Under the pieces are notes generated by a model. That model worked only from the letters and a program-made list of their open reading frames with translations. It was not told the origin of the DNA and did no database searches. A DNA stretch of 63,132 nucleotides, the filler included, from Octopus bimaculoides (taxonomy: Eukaryota), in NCBI RefSeq assembly GCF_001194135.2. It is 5 parts of 5 records of this genome, joined end to end, with 100 filler letters (N's around TTAATTAATTAA, not from the genome) between each part and the next. Parts side by side here need not be neighbours in the genome. Positions count along the whole stretch, not along the records: positions 1 to 19,110 come from NC_068994.1; positions 19,211 to 38,425 come from NC_068982.1; 3 more parts are not named here. One strand, written 5' to 3'. Both the position numbers and the translations under genes were made by a program. Below are positions 12,181 through 25,353 of the stretch, one piece after another (position 1 is the stretch's first letter; each line of letters begins with the position of its first letter).

Positions 12181-13025
12181 ATAAGTTAGGATCTACTATA
12201 AACACAATATTTTACTATACCAACTGTCACTATTCACTAAATGATTTAAAAGAGGAAAATGCAACATACACAAGTGCTAATCAGTTATAGTTTGCCTGAA
12301 GCATTGCCTGATATATATAAACATTTTAATTTTATTTCATAAAGCCAAAACAATGCAAGAAATAAAACAAGTTGATGGTTTGTACTTTTATTTTGTATTT
12401 CAGTATTTCTCTGAAGATTTCCTGAAGAAGTAATCCTAATCTGGAAATATTGAAATACAAAGTTTATTTTTTATAACTTGCAATAATCAGTTACGCATGG
12501 CCCTTTGCTGAATTAAAACATTATAGTAAACCATAAGGTGCTTTAGCTATGAATACAACAGAGATGGAGTGTTAATACTAATCCTTTGGGCAGTACCATC
12601 AACTAAGCCAGCTGTGGTATTAAGTTCTGATAATTTTCCTGACCACCTCAATAGAATATAGAAGTAAAGACCTTGGTTGAACCGTTACATACTGAAGTAG
12701 AAATCAAAGCAACCAGTCCAGTACAAAGAAATTTAATAACATTCTAGGATATTGAACTAAAGTGCAGGCAAAGATAGTACAGAAACAGGCAAGATGCTTT
12801 TGCTATCACATGGTTCTGAGTTCAAATCCAGCTGAAACTAACTAGTTTTCATTTCATTGAGATTGCTAAAATAGATAAATAAATATCAGTAAAATACTAA
12901 AGCTGAATTAGTTACAGCTTTTTCCTCGATAAAAAAAATTCTATACTAAGAGAAATAAGACAAAAATTTAAACATGAAAAAACAAAAAGGGCTGTTGTAA
13001 AACCACACCAAAGAAACAAACTCAC

Positions 13026-13166
13026 TTTTTTGCTACTTTCTGACTTAAGCTCATCTTCATTTAAGACATCAATGATTAAATCTGGAAATGAACTTTTAAA
13101 ATGTTTGTATATTTCTTCATCAAGAGCTGAGAGATGGAGGTAAGCAGGTTCTAAAGAAGAAATAAG
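13026..13166 (-). CDS. PBDC1: PBDC1 coding exon
   Basis: ttacAG | LISSLEPAYLHLSALDEEIYKHFKSSFPDLIIDVLNEDELKSESSKK | GTGAGT; 141 nt, phase 0-0; human LISSVDPQFLKLTKVDDQIYSEFRKNF...LKSESAKE. Confidence 0.95.
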
Positions 13167-14148
13167 CTGTAAAAACAAAGAAAGAAATTAAAATAGAACA
13201 GTGATAATACATAGTTTTTTTTTAATCAACATTTTTTGTAGTTGATGGGAAGCATGGTCAAATGAAGCTGACAATATTTTCACCTGCAGTTTTGTGATGA
13301 ACTAAGTAACTGTCTTTCACATTAGTTCCCATCAACTGAAATGCTCCTTATGTAACAAAAATAGAAGAGATAATCCAAAATTCAGTAGCTCCAACATTTC
13401 AGCTTATTGGAAATGGAGAAGCATCTAAAAAAGGTTTCTTCAGAGGAGCAAAGACAGCATTCATGCTTCTTAGAGAAAAACAGGAAGTTATCCAAAATCA
13501 GAGATCTCATCTGAATGCTTGCAGCAGAGTGGACTTTGCTATAGAAACCCAAATGCAGAAACCCACATCTACAACAACACTAGTTGTTACACTTCTTAAG
13601 GATGAGTAAGCTTAATCTTGTGCATCTGTTATTTTGTTTTTTCAATATCAATTAGTCAGATGAGTATGATAGTCTCTGCAGGTTCCCCTAGGTAGGTGAG
13701 ATTGATGCATTTGATGTTCCACTAAGATTTCTGTAGGGAAACATGAATAGAGAGAAAATGTCAGACAGTTACAGTGATGAGGAGGAATTATTGGGAAAAA
13801 GAGTTAGTGGCAGAATTTTATGGATGAGCGATAGTTTGGAGGAGACATAGGCATTTAGTTGGGTTTGGGTGGAAGCAGCAGCATACATCTTACTAAATCA
13901 GATGAGCCAAGGTTGTTGCAGTAGTGTTAGAAGAAACATAAATCATTTGTGTTTGTGAATCCTTGCTTATATTTAATATATATTATTTTTTATTTAAATG
14001 ACCTTCATTTCAATATGGTCAAAAAGGTTTGTATGTGTAATACCTTATAATGCAGATCATAGACGGGTTTTGTAAAGAGTCATCGACTGAGCAGAGCTGA
14101 TGTATTTTCTGATTCAAGGTGAAGAACCTGATACACACACACACACAC

Positions 14149-14196
<48 letters not shown>

Positions 14197-14404
14197 CATT
14201 AAAATCATCATCATTTTATGTCCATTCTGCAAACTGACATCGTTTGGATAGGGTCATGATGGTCTGAATCAGTTCTTGTTTGCAATTACATGGGTTAGAG
14301 GATCATATCTCACCAGCAGGTTTCATTTGTGACTTAGCTTCTATGGCTGGATGCCCTTAATATCACTGTACTCTTTACAGAGTACAATGAGTGTATTTTA
14401 TTGT

Positions 14405-14452
<48 letters not shown>

Positions 14453-14453
14453 C

Positions 14454-14486
<33 letters not shown>

Positions 14487-14499
14487 TACATACATACAT

Positions 14500-14747
14500 A
14501 TCATCATCATCATCATCGTTGTTTAATGTCTGCTTTCCATGCTAGCATGGGTTGGATGGTTTGACCAAAGATTAGTGAGCCAGAAGCTGCACTGGGATCA
14601 ATCTGATCTGGCAAAGTTTCTATAGCTGGATGCCCTTCCTAATGCCAACCACTCTGAGAGTGTAGTGGGTTCTTTTATGTGCCACCAGCATGAGGGCCAG
14701 TCAGGCGGTTCTGGCAATGACCACGCTCAAAAGTGCCTTTTTATGTG
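14500..14747 (-). mobile_element. RTE LINE 3'-UTR with (GAT)n tail
   Basis: (CAT)n-CGTT...TTCCATGCTAGCATGGGTTGG on the plus strand; same family as 59980-60295. Confidence 0.8.
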
Positions 14748-15989
14748 TATTTTATTGTGACACCAGCACTAATGAAGTTACTTTGTAAGTTTAGAGAATT
14801 CCTACCACTCAATGGTGAGTTTGTTTGCTCAAAGTAACACAACGGAGAAAATGAACAGAAGAGAGAAAGATGGCAAACACCTGATGAATGGGTGAAGGGA
14901 GCTTGAGTATGATGGTAAAAACAAAAATGATTGGGGTGAAAGGGTGGCAAAGGAGAAGAGAGGGGTGATGGATAGAAATAAATAGGTGTGGACAATGGTA
15001 AGAAAGGGGTAGAGGTCAATAACAAGTGGTGCAAGGAGAGGAGTGATAACTGACAGAACAGAAAAGCAGATGGCAGAATGGATGAGGTACAAAGAGATCC
15101 TATGTGTGTTGTGTAAGTGTGTGTGTGAGAGCCAGAGATCAGAGATAGTGAGACCTAAAATTTGAAGACACTTCAATTGTATGTTATTTATGTATATGGA
15201 GCATGCAGTGCAAAACTGATTTTTGATATGCAGTGTATCTTCGTGACATTGGAGGAAAAACAGTTGTCATGTTGTCAAAGAATCTGTACATAAAAGATGG
15301 GTATGAAGACAATGCCTGATTGTGATTTCAAGCCTAAACTGCAACTTCATACCAAGCAGTAGGAGATAAAAGACTTGCACTGGTGATAACACTGTGTAAC
15401 AAGATATCCATTCTTGAGTAGCAACTGTTACTTCCAATTCGCTTGAAAAATGGCTATTATTTCCTTCAAACTTTGCTTTTGTTACATATATTCAAACCCC
15501 AAAGAATCCCTCTCAACACATAGCTATGATGCTCTCCCAATACTCCTGCTCATGATCAGAGATGCACATATTGTCAGCCACTAAGGGACATGCTCAAGTG
15601 GTTATGGTCAAGCAGCTGACAAGTAAATCTGTGGTATTGAGCAGAATATTTGTTAAAACAATATTTCTGATTCAGCAACTCAATACTGAATCTGTCTGAA
15701 ATGTAATGGAAAATAGGTCAGTTTCAAAACATTCATGTCCAGGTCATAAAAACAAAGTTTGAAGGGAATAGTAGTCATTTCTTTTGATTTCTAGATAGAA
15801 GCAAATAAGAAATGACACAGACTAAAGACAAAAAAAATGAAAATTAAATTTTGCTGCAAATAGTAAACAGGAACAAAGGCAGTGTCCCAGCATGGCTACA
15901 GTCTAATGACAGAAACAAGTAGACGATAAAAGATAAAAAGTGAAATTTATAATATTTTGTTAACGTCAAATTAATTAAATATTACTTAC

Positions 15990-16049
15990 ACTGTAGTGGA
16001 CATCTGCATTATCATGACATTTCATGGCCCATTGGTATTCTATATCTTT
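15990..16049 (-). CDS. PBDC1: PBDC1 coding exon (most 5' exon identifiable)
   Basis: ttccAG | KDIEYQWAMKCHDNADVHYS | GTAAGT; 60 nt, phase 0-0; human PDIEMAWAMRAMQHAEVYYK. The start-codon exon was not found and may lie in the N gap 16108-16213. Confidence 0.9.
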
Positions 16050-16489
16050 CTGGAAATAAATAAATTTTGTTGTATCAATATTATGTTTTACTTTCTTTTC
16101 CAATTATNNNNNNNNNNNNNNNNNNNNNNNNNNNNNNNNNNNNNNNNNNNNNNNNNNNNNNNNNNNNNNNNNNNNNNNNNNNNNNNNNNNNNNNNNNNNN
16201 NNNNNNNNNNNNNTAGGTGTACACCTGCTTTCCTATATTAAACTCGGAATAACAACGAAACGCAGAACTCTGAACCTATCAACACAACAATATTTATTTA
16301 TGGATGAAATAGGCAGCCTTAAACTGGTTGCTGAGACGCCGGAATGTTGTTGTGAGCTGTCCCCAGAGTTGGATTGTTGGAGAGACAGCTTGGTACGACC
16401 ACGCTCAATGAGAGAGCTCTGTAGGACCTGTGTTGCCTCTTCGCAGGCTGGCAAGAAAAGAGAATGAAAAAAGCGGGAACGCTTAGATG

Positions 16490-16560
16490 TTGAACTCCAC
16501 GCATGCGTGGATAAAAACGCAGCAATGGCGACCGTACCTTGGCGCCAAATGACGTCACTA
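16490..16560. promoter_or_regulatory. Candidate housekeeping promoter of PBDC1 (possibly bidirectional)
   Basis: Locally CpG-rich, with three palindromes within 61 bp: CCACGCATGCGTGG (16497-16510, NRF1-like), TTGGCGCCAA (16539-16548, E2F-like) and TGACGTCA (16550-16557, CRE). Lies about 450 bp upstream of the first identified exon. Confidence 0.5.
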
Positions 16561-17269
16561 CACATATTTACATTCATTGATGGAGCAGATATTTTACAAA
16601 TAGAATATCCTCTGGCAAATTTAGAACAATATCTATTTTCTATTTGATAGGGTGAAGCAAAAAGAGTAACGTGTTTTTGACCAAGACCAAAATAATGTCA
16701 GGAACTTCCAAACTGGACTTAAGTTAGGTATAGAGACCTTATTTTAAACATGCTTGTTTGAAGATAAAAATCCAAGAAAATTAGTTACAATTCAAAACAT
16801 CAAGTCATACAAGTATTGCTTTGTATCCTTAATGAAAATAATTATCTACCCCAATATAATTAACTGAAAATGAATTCCATTTTACTGTATTTCATTGACA
16901 ATGATACTTTTTGGTAAAAAAAAATCCAATCCAAAATTTCCAAAACAACTCTACTTACAACATTAATATGGAAAATCAACACATCTTTAATCTCTTGCTG
17001 CTTTAGTGATTAACATACACAGATTCCAAACCAACTTAGTTTTCATCATCTAAATATTCTCCATATCACTAAATATCAGACTGGAATTAAGCTTGTTCTT
17101 CAAGAACAATAGACTTATGACAATCATATAAAGTAAGTTTTCATTTTATAATAACACTGGGTTCTGTAATTTGATGTGACATGCTTGAAAACTTGGTCTG
17201 AAAATGATGGCAAAATTAAATAATATAATGGGGAAGAGTATGTGAAAGGTCCAGTTACATGTCACTATT

Positions 17270-17282
17270 TACTACTACTACT

Positions 17283-17336
<54 letters not shown>

Positions 17337-17337
17337 G

Positions 17338-17388
<51 letters not shown>
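17270..17388. repeat. (ACT)n microsatellite
   Basis: Direct reading of the sequence. Confidence 0.95.
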
Positions 17389-17520
17389 AGGCAGCAAGCT
17401 TTCATCCTTTTGATGTAATGGTTGATGTATTTGACTATACTCCCACCCAAAAAATTTCAGGTCATCATTTAACGTCCATTGTCCATACTGGCATGGGTTC
17501 GACATGCAAATACCAACCAA

Positions 17521-19025
17521 AAGTCCATAAAGTACATTTGTATATGTAAACAAGGGTTTGGACTTCAATAGGAATACTGCCAGGATGAGGTGATGCACTA
17601 TCAGGTGGGATGGTACATAAGTAGCAACGGGGCTTTCTGGCACATCTTTGGCTTTTCACTTCACCAACAACACCCAACCATTCAGCTTGCAGTGCACCTG
17701 GAAAATGGTCAAAGGGTATACTTCACTAATGCTAATGCTTCTCTGTTGGCAGAGGAACCAAGGGATAGCACGCTCACTGCATTCTTCAAACTTTGTCAAG
17801 TTGATCCATTCGCTCAAACTTTGCTGTATCCACAGATTCCATCATACTACACTTGGAATAGATAAAAATGGGCCCAAAAGAAAGCAGGTCAAAATGTTCA
17901 TGGATACCCTGGCATTAAGTTTGACACTTGCCTTGGGCTAGTATACAGTGCATCCCAAGTGCACTCAGCAAGAGTGCTTCTACCTCCATCTACTACTGCA
18001 TAAGGTCAGAGGGCCAACGTGTTTCCAGGCCCTAAAAACCGTTCATGGACATGTTTGCACAACATACAGAGAAGCCTGCTATCGACAAGGTCTGTTACAA
18101 GATGGTGCACAATGGGATGCAACCTTGGGAGAGGCTGCTTTATCAGAATCATCTAAAAGTTTCAGGGCACCATTTGCAGTATTACTACATACATGTGAGC
18201 CGTGTGATCCTGCCACTCTATGGCTCAAATACAGAGACAACCTGGCTGAAGACTTTAAGTGGCAAGCTCAACTGCTCTATCTTGCCATGGAGGGTATCAG
18301 TAATGAAGTCTATAACAAAACTCTCATTGACATTGAAGATAGAATTGCTACACTGGGTGGAAATGAATTGTCCACATATGGCCTGCTACAAACATTCAGG
18401 TCAGGGTCAAATAGCCTTCCCACTGATGTCATTCATGAAACATCCTATGACACTCAAGCGCTTCCAAAGTACATTGTTGAAAACGAGCCTAAATTACTTC
18501 CGGACCAGCTGCAGGCCTACAGATCTATTCTTAACAGTGTACGCCAATGCAAGGGACGAATCTTCTTCCTGGATGCACCTGGAGGGACAGGAAAAACATT
18601 TATTACGAAGCTTCTCTTTGCAGAAGTTAGGCAGTACCAGGACATTGCAGTAGCTGTGGCTTCCTCTGGGATTGCAGCTACTTTGTTACCCAGTAGTAGG
18701 ACAGCGCACTTGACTTTTAAGCTCCCTTTCAATTTAGCAGCATCAGAGATGTCTTCATGCAACATCAGCAAAAGCTCGGATCAGAGGCAGGTACTTAAAA
18801 GGTGTCATCTAATTATCTGGGATGAGTGCACCATGGCTCACAAGGGAACTTTGGAAGCATTAGATAGAGTCCTAAAAGACATCTGAAACTGTCAGGCTCC
18901 AATGGGAGGTGTAACGCTTCTGTTGTCAGATGATTTCAGGCAAACTCTTCCTGTCATTCCGAAAGGCACTACAGCAGATGAAGCCCAAGCATGCCTAAAG
19001 CCCTCTACCCTGTGGCATCATCTTA
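17521..19025 (+). mobile_element. Helitron RepHel fragment (end of Rep domain plus PIF1-type helicase motifs), disrupted
   Basis: KSIKYI..YVNKG (Rep motif), YQVGWYISSN.AFWHIFGF, LAVHLENGQRVYF, ECFYLHLLLHKVRGP, FFLDAPGGTGKTF, VASSGIAATLL, IIWDECTM and DFRQTLPVIP; several stops and frameshifts. Confidence 0.92.
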
Positions 19026-19110
19026 CAATCGGTTGGGTAGTTCTCGAGTTTAAAGGATTCACACAGACAGACACACACACACAGATGTATGTGTATATAT
19101 ATATATATAT

Positions 19111-19210
19111 NNNNNNNNNNNNNNNNNNNNNNNNNNNNNNNNNNNNNNNNNNNNTTAATTAATTAANNNNNNNNNNNNNNNNNNNNNNNNNNNNNNNNNN
19201 NNNNNNNNNN
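19111..19210. other. Artificial assembly spacer 44N-TTAATTAATTAA-44N
   Basis: Exact 100-nt structure; the 12-mer has stops in all six frames; occurs four times in the window. Confidence 0.95.
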
Positions 19211-19281
<71 letters not shown>

Positions 19282-20037
19282 TAGTGGCTTACATTTTGTT
19301 GATTGGTTTTGAATGAAAGTATAACTTCACTGTTGTTATGCAAAACACAGAAGAGAAGTATTTTACTATGATTTTCGAATTGGGAAATCATAAGAATTGC
19401 TTTAGCGAACGCTGACGAAATTGAATAAATATTGTTGGAAGTAAAAATAAATAAAATATTAATAAAAGAGAAAGGTTTAGAATAACAAGTAGGATTTTAG
19501 TACTTCCGATAGATGAATGGAAACGTGTACTGCTAAGACAAACAGAAAAATAATAACGGTCCAAATATTCCAAAGAAATAGTTATTTTGGTTATATATAC
19601 TTCAGAATTGTTTTTCCTTGCTGTCTGATCGACTTTACTCTTTAAATATCGATGGTATATGTATTTGGTATTGACTGAACGAGCAATGGAAAATTGACGG
19701 TAGACGATCGGATGAAAATGGTTCTGTATTATTTACTTTCAATGATTATATGTATATATATATATATATTTATATATGCATGTGTATGCTAGTTTTCATA
19801 CTCACACATTCAGAAGATCTGATTTTCAGGTAGACTGGTTCTATGCAAGTGATTGCGAATTGGAACCGCATAAAAGAAAACAAGCTTTTAATGATATTAA
19901 TTGATTATATAAAAAAAAAAAAAAACTATAAAAGCAATTATTTTATAGGACTACGTAGAATGAATATATTTATCTTATGTACATATACATATTTACATGT
20001 GTGTTTTTATAAGTATATATGTTTCTTATTTCTTTAT

Positions 20038-20258
20038 TGCCCACAAGGAGATAAACATAGAGGGGATAAACAAGGACAGACAAAGGGATTAAGTCGATCA
20101 CATCGACCCCAGTGCGTAACTGGTACTTAATTTATTGACCCCGAAAGGATGAAAGTCATAGTCGACCTCGGCGGAATTTGAACTCGGAACGTAACGGCAA
20201 ACGAAATACCGCTAAGCATTTCGCCCGGCGCGCTTACGACTCTGGCAGCTCGCCGCTT
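20038..20258 (-). mobile_element. tRNA-derived SINE (short family), CpG-rich copy
   Basis: Minus strand GTTCCGAGTTCAAATTCCGCCGAGGTCGACTATGACTTTCATCC; same family as 1154-1341. Confidence 0.8.
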
Positions 20259-20600
20259 TATACGTATATATGTTTCTGGGTGTTTCTATGCATGTATGTA
20301 CATAAATATGTACATATACATATGCTGGTAGTCTCTCATAGTCTGGTGAAGGCGATTCTACAATTTCTTGCAGAACAACCCGAGCACAATATGTTTATAG
20401 TGATCAAATGCAGATGCTCACAACCTTCATCAGTTCGATGTTGCCTGAACAAGTGCACTATGTGCCACACATCAGGTATCGAAGTGATCGTACAGCAGCG
20501 TGAGATGAAGTGTTATTGCTCAACTACACAAGGCACTTCCCGGTTCAGGAATGGAACCCATGATGTCACGATCGTGAGATCATCAGCCTGTTAAGCTATG

Positions 20601-20666
<66 letters not shown>

Positions 20667-23031
20667 CTCTATCTCTCTCTCTCTCTCTCTCATACACACA
20701 CACACACACATATACATATACACAAACACTTACATAAATACATTCTTTCTTATTCTTTTATTTGTTTCAGTTGTTTGACAGTGGCCAACCTGGAGCACCG
20801 TCTTTTAGTCGAGAAAATCGAATCCTCAAAATTTATTCTTTGTAAGCCTGGTACTTATTCTACCAGTCCCTTTTACTGAACCACTAAACTACGGGGATGT
20901 AAAAACACCAACATCGTTTGTCAGGAAATGGTGACGGGACAAACACAGGCACAAAAACACATACATCAATGAATACATATATTAAAAATCAGGGTTCATT
21001 ATGCACCTGTTTGCTAGAAAGAAGAGTTAAAACTCTCCAAAGTCAAGCGTCTCTCACTACATGTACCCTGACTTTTTATATATATTCTGCCTAGTTCGTC
21101 TTGGAAGTCGTGGCGCCTTCAGCTGAACAGACGCGCACAGATTGATAAATATATTTAATATTTTATACTTCATTTGTGAACTCTGTAAATTATTTTCTAA
21201 TCTCTGTATTCTTATACAACCAAATAGAAACGATGCTTTTTTGTCTGCCTGAGCGTTACAAAGTACTCCGTTATTTCAAATAGTTTATCACACCCAACGA
21301 CTGACAATTGTCAATAACACTTATTCATACATTAAGCATCTTTGCAGGCAAGATTTTATTTTTTTCAGGCTACGCTTAACTAATTGGTTTTCTCAAACTT
21401 ACCGTCATCGAAATGCTTTAACAAACCACTTTTCTTTAATATTCTATAATCGATTGTCTTCAATAAAACTGTGTTTCACAGCTGATAAACTACTTTTGTT
21501 CCTCTTACCTCCTTCTTATACTTTTCTCTTTCTTTTCCCCTTCTACCTTCTCTCTTCCTCTCTCTCTGTAAGTCGATTGTCAAACTAAATGTTTCATATT
21601 ATCTTTGAGCTATGCTTCCTCTTAAGTGCATATATATTTGAAAATTAACATTTAACCAACAAGAATCTCACAACATACGACTTCACCGGAACTGATTTTT
21701 TTTGTACACGCTAGTTCTCTAAAATAACTAAAAGAATCGCGTTTCTCTTCATATCTAAAATTCACTCATTTTACAGTTTTTTTTTCTTTCCTGTCATTAT
21801 TTTACTCTCCCCTCTGTCTTTCTCTCTCCCATACGTACATTTGATGTCTATAATCCTCTTTCTCTCCTTTCTCAACTTCTAGTTCACGCATGTAATACTT
21901 CTAAAGTATTCAGGCGGCGAGCTGGCATGATCATTACTGCACAGATGAAATGTTTAACAGCATTTTTTTTCCGTCCTCACGTTATGAGTTCAAATGCCAA
22001 CCGGGGCCGACTTTGTTTTTCACTCTTTCGGAGTCGATAAAATAATTACCACTAGTGCAGTGGGGTCGATGTAATTGCTGGCCTTGTGCCAAAATTTGAA
22101 ACCCTATTTCCCAAACATTCTTAACATTCTAAATTTTCTTAATCTGAATATTCGAGAGATGAAACTGTTATAATTGTAATTTTGATTCAGCGTGACACAG
22201 AATGTGATAAGGTTGGCCCTTTGAAATATAGATACTATTCACTTTTGTAGCTGGACTGGAGCAACGTAAAATAAAGTGTCTTGCTCAAGTACACAACGCC
22301 TCGCCTGGAATTGAACTTGCGACCTTATGATCGTAAGCCGAATACCCTAACCATTAAGTCATGCGCCTTCACTTGTATTATTCTAACCACATTATTAAGG
22401 TCTTTGCATTCCTTATAGGCTGTATTCCTGGAGCCTCATACATGAATGTTTAACCTTTCACTTTTTAAAATTTCTGAATTCCGATAAAGAGGTTACTGGT
22501 TCTTTCATTGTTTAGTCAAAGAGAAAGTGCTGTATCCTCGATAGCTTTCATGGTCGCAATGATTGGTGAGAAGGAGGAAGGAAATTATTTTTTAACTTGG
22601 AACCTGGCCCGCATAATTGCAGCAAAATCGTCATCTCTATCAAATGGGCCAAAGGGCAAGATAACGATGTTAAAGCAGGTGATGGAATAAATCTACATCA
22701 TAAATAAGCCACGGTGTGATTTGAAATCACGACACAAAGAGCCGCTTCAATTACTGCTGTGCATTCCGTCTGACGCTCTTAGAGTCACGGCAGTTAACAT
22801 CCCTAAATTGCTATTTTATTTTATCGACCACGAAAGGACGAAAGAAAACGTTTTGGGATTAGGAAGCAAAATGTAGCAAAGCATTGCATCCAATACTCTG
22901 ACGACTCTACCAACTTACAGCTTATGAACACATTTCCTTGTCTGCAATCTAGATTATTTAGTTTCACTGTTTTTATTAGTGTCAAATTTTACAGTGTAAC
23001 CTTTACAAGTTATTCCTCCACGAACCCTTTC

Positions 23032-23745
23032 GGATCTATTTCAAAACGGGGGCACCAGTATTTTCTTAACGAAACACTAACGAAGCACTTTGAAACTTGG
23101 GACACTGGTAGAATGTGTCATATAAAACATCTTTTACTCTTAGTCTTCTTAACAAAAAAAAAGGAATTCGCAAGTTATTCCATGATAAAGTTGTCGTATT
23201 TCTGTAATTTCAACCAATCACTGACGTCTATTCAGCTCAATAGAGTTACTGCTGGGCTGTCATAAAATTGTTATTCCCTGTGACATATTTCATCCGGTTT
23301 AATCGTAATTTATACGCATATATTGTTTATATAATAAATTACGCTGTGCGTATCTATGTGTGTAACAATTTTAGATTTCGGATTCTAGNNNNNNNNNNNN
23401 NNNNNNNNNNNNNNNNNNNNNNNNNNNNNNNNNNNNNNNNNNNNNNNNNTAGGGCTAGTTTTAGGGTTAGGGTTAGGGTTAACAGTCTAGTTAGGGTTAG
23501 GGTTAGGGGATTAATACGATATACACCGTTACAGCGCTAACTGTTTTCAACTGAATAGACGTCAGTGATTAGTAGAAATTATCGAAATAAGACAATTTTT
23601 TACATGAAATAAATTCGAATACAAAAATATTTTTCTGTTCTATAACACAAAATAGATAAGTATACGAATTTTGAAAGTCTTTCGGTACCAAAAACACTAC
23701 ATAAAACATAAATGAAAACTGGTGTCCCCGTTTTGAAATAGATCC
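23032..23745. mobile_element. Non-autonomous DNA transposon (Merlin-like MITE) with internal TTAGGG array
   Basis: 28-bp TIRs GGATCTATTTCAAAACGGGG(G/A)CACCAGT with 1 mismatch; 8-bp TSD ACCCTTTC at 23024-23031 and 23746-23753; sub-terminal inverted repeats; (TTAGGG)n at 23450-23508. Confidence 0.85.
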
Positions 23746-25317
23746 ACCCTTTCTCTTGAGACTATATTCCTTCGATTCTGGCGTACTTCAGTTCTTGTTT
23801 GGGTCATTAAATACACCTCTCCTTGTACATGAACGGAAGGTGTGGTTTTCACTCTCACAACTCAAAGTGTTGAGCTAAGAATAACAATCTTAACATCCTG
23901 CAAACAATCATCTTCGACGCCTTACTTTAATCTTGTATTGTCCCATGAACGGGACAATACAATACATGTATTACTTTAATACATACATTACTTATTACAT
24001 GTATTACTGTAACCTTGTATTGTCCTATGAGCGGACAATTCGAAAGCATACGTGTAGCATCACAAACTTTATACCGTGAACTGTAACTTCGTATATCACG
24101 AAAAAGAATTTCTTATTTCATCGACCTAACTCTCGGGTATCATGCAATTAAAACCTCAAAGTCACAATAAATCTTAAGTCTTACAGCAACTAGTAATGCT
24201 CACATCTTAAAAACATTCAAAATCTGCATAATAGTGACTTAGGTTTCTTGTTCAGAGCCAGAAAATATTTTAGCATTGAGCAACTTATTTTTTGAACACA
24301 AACAAATATTTGCTTAGAGACGTAAATTTCAAAGTATCGTTTTGACTAAAAAGCCTACACTTTAATTTCTTAGTGAAACTGATATTTGATAGACAGAAAA
24401 TATACGTGACCCCGTCGTAGATGTGCGTATGCATGTGTGTATGTATGTGGCTACATAAGTATGCACGTATGTAGGTAGCCATGCGTGTATATATGCATAC
24501 ATGTAAATACAGACACAAACATACGAGCATACACACATACACACACACACATACATACACGTACGTATGTGTATCTGTCAGTTTGTATATTGAAATGTAC
24601 TGGTGATTATCTGTGTGTGTATGCGTGTATGTTTACTTGTGTATATTATATTTTATAAGGCGTCAAATTACGTTCGTTTACTTACTAAACATCTAACAAA
24701 TAAATATATATAATACTTTGCCACATGATAAATATAGAAGGGTAAAACAGCGATCAAACTGTAATTAGTACTTGGGTTGTTGCAATCGGCTTCATACCAG
24801 GGAAGGCAGTGTTGTAGCATAGCCTTAGTCCGATGGCAGAAACCGGCAAAAGAAAAAAAAAAAAAAAAAAAAAAAACGAAACAAATATACGAAGCACATA
24901 CACATGAAAATCTGCATAAACATACACACACAAAACACCCAGCTGTTAAAATAGATCTACACGTTTGCGTACGCAAAGAACTGTCTAAGACGTCGCTTTC
25001 ACACACATAAACACACTCACGCACTGAACACACATAAACGTATGCACGTGCGCATAAAATATACACGGCTTAGCCCGTAGATTAATGTGTCTACATTGCC
25101 ATCCTTATGAGTCTCTCTATTTTCTATTCGCTATTCACACACATGCACGCGCACCCTAATTATTATATGTAGCAAGTGTGCGTGAGTATGTGTGAGTGTG
25201 TGCAATATACATATATACACACAAAAACACACACACGTGTGTGTGTATAAATATATATATGCGTATGTATCATACGCACATACTAACATACGTACACTAC
25301 AGGGTGTAGGAAAGAAG

Positions 25318-25353
<36 letters not shown>

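Noticed and set aside
17259-17549. Poly-Thr/Ser, poly-Tyr, poly-Asn and YI/CV-repeat ORFs throughout the window
   Set aside because: Translations of microsatellites or of N gaps.
17948-18886. 312-aa ORF as a host PIF1 helicase
   Set aside because: Flanked by Helitron Rep motifs, intronless, and broken by stops and frameshifts.
22508-22690. 60-aa ORF with acceptor- and donor-like ends
   Set aside because: No recognisable homology and no partner exons; equally likely to be non-coding.
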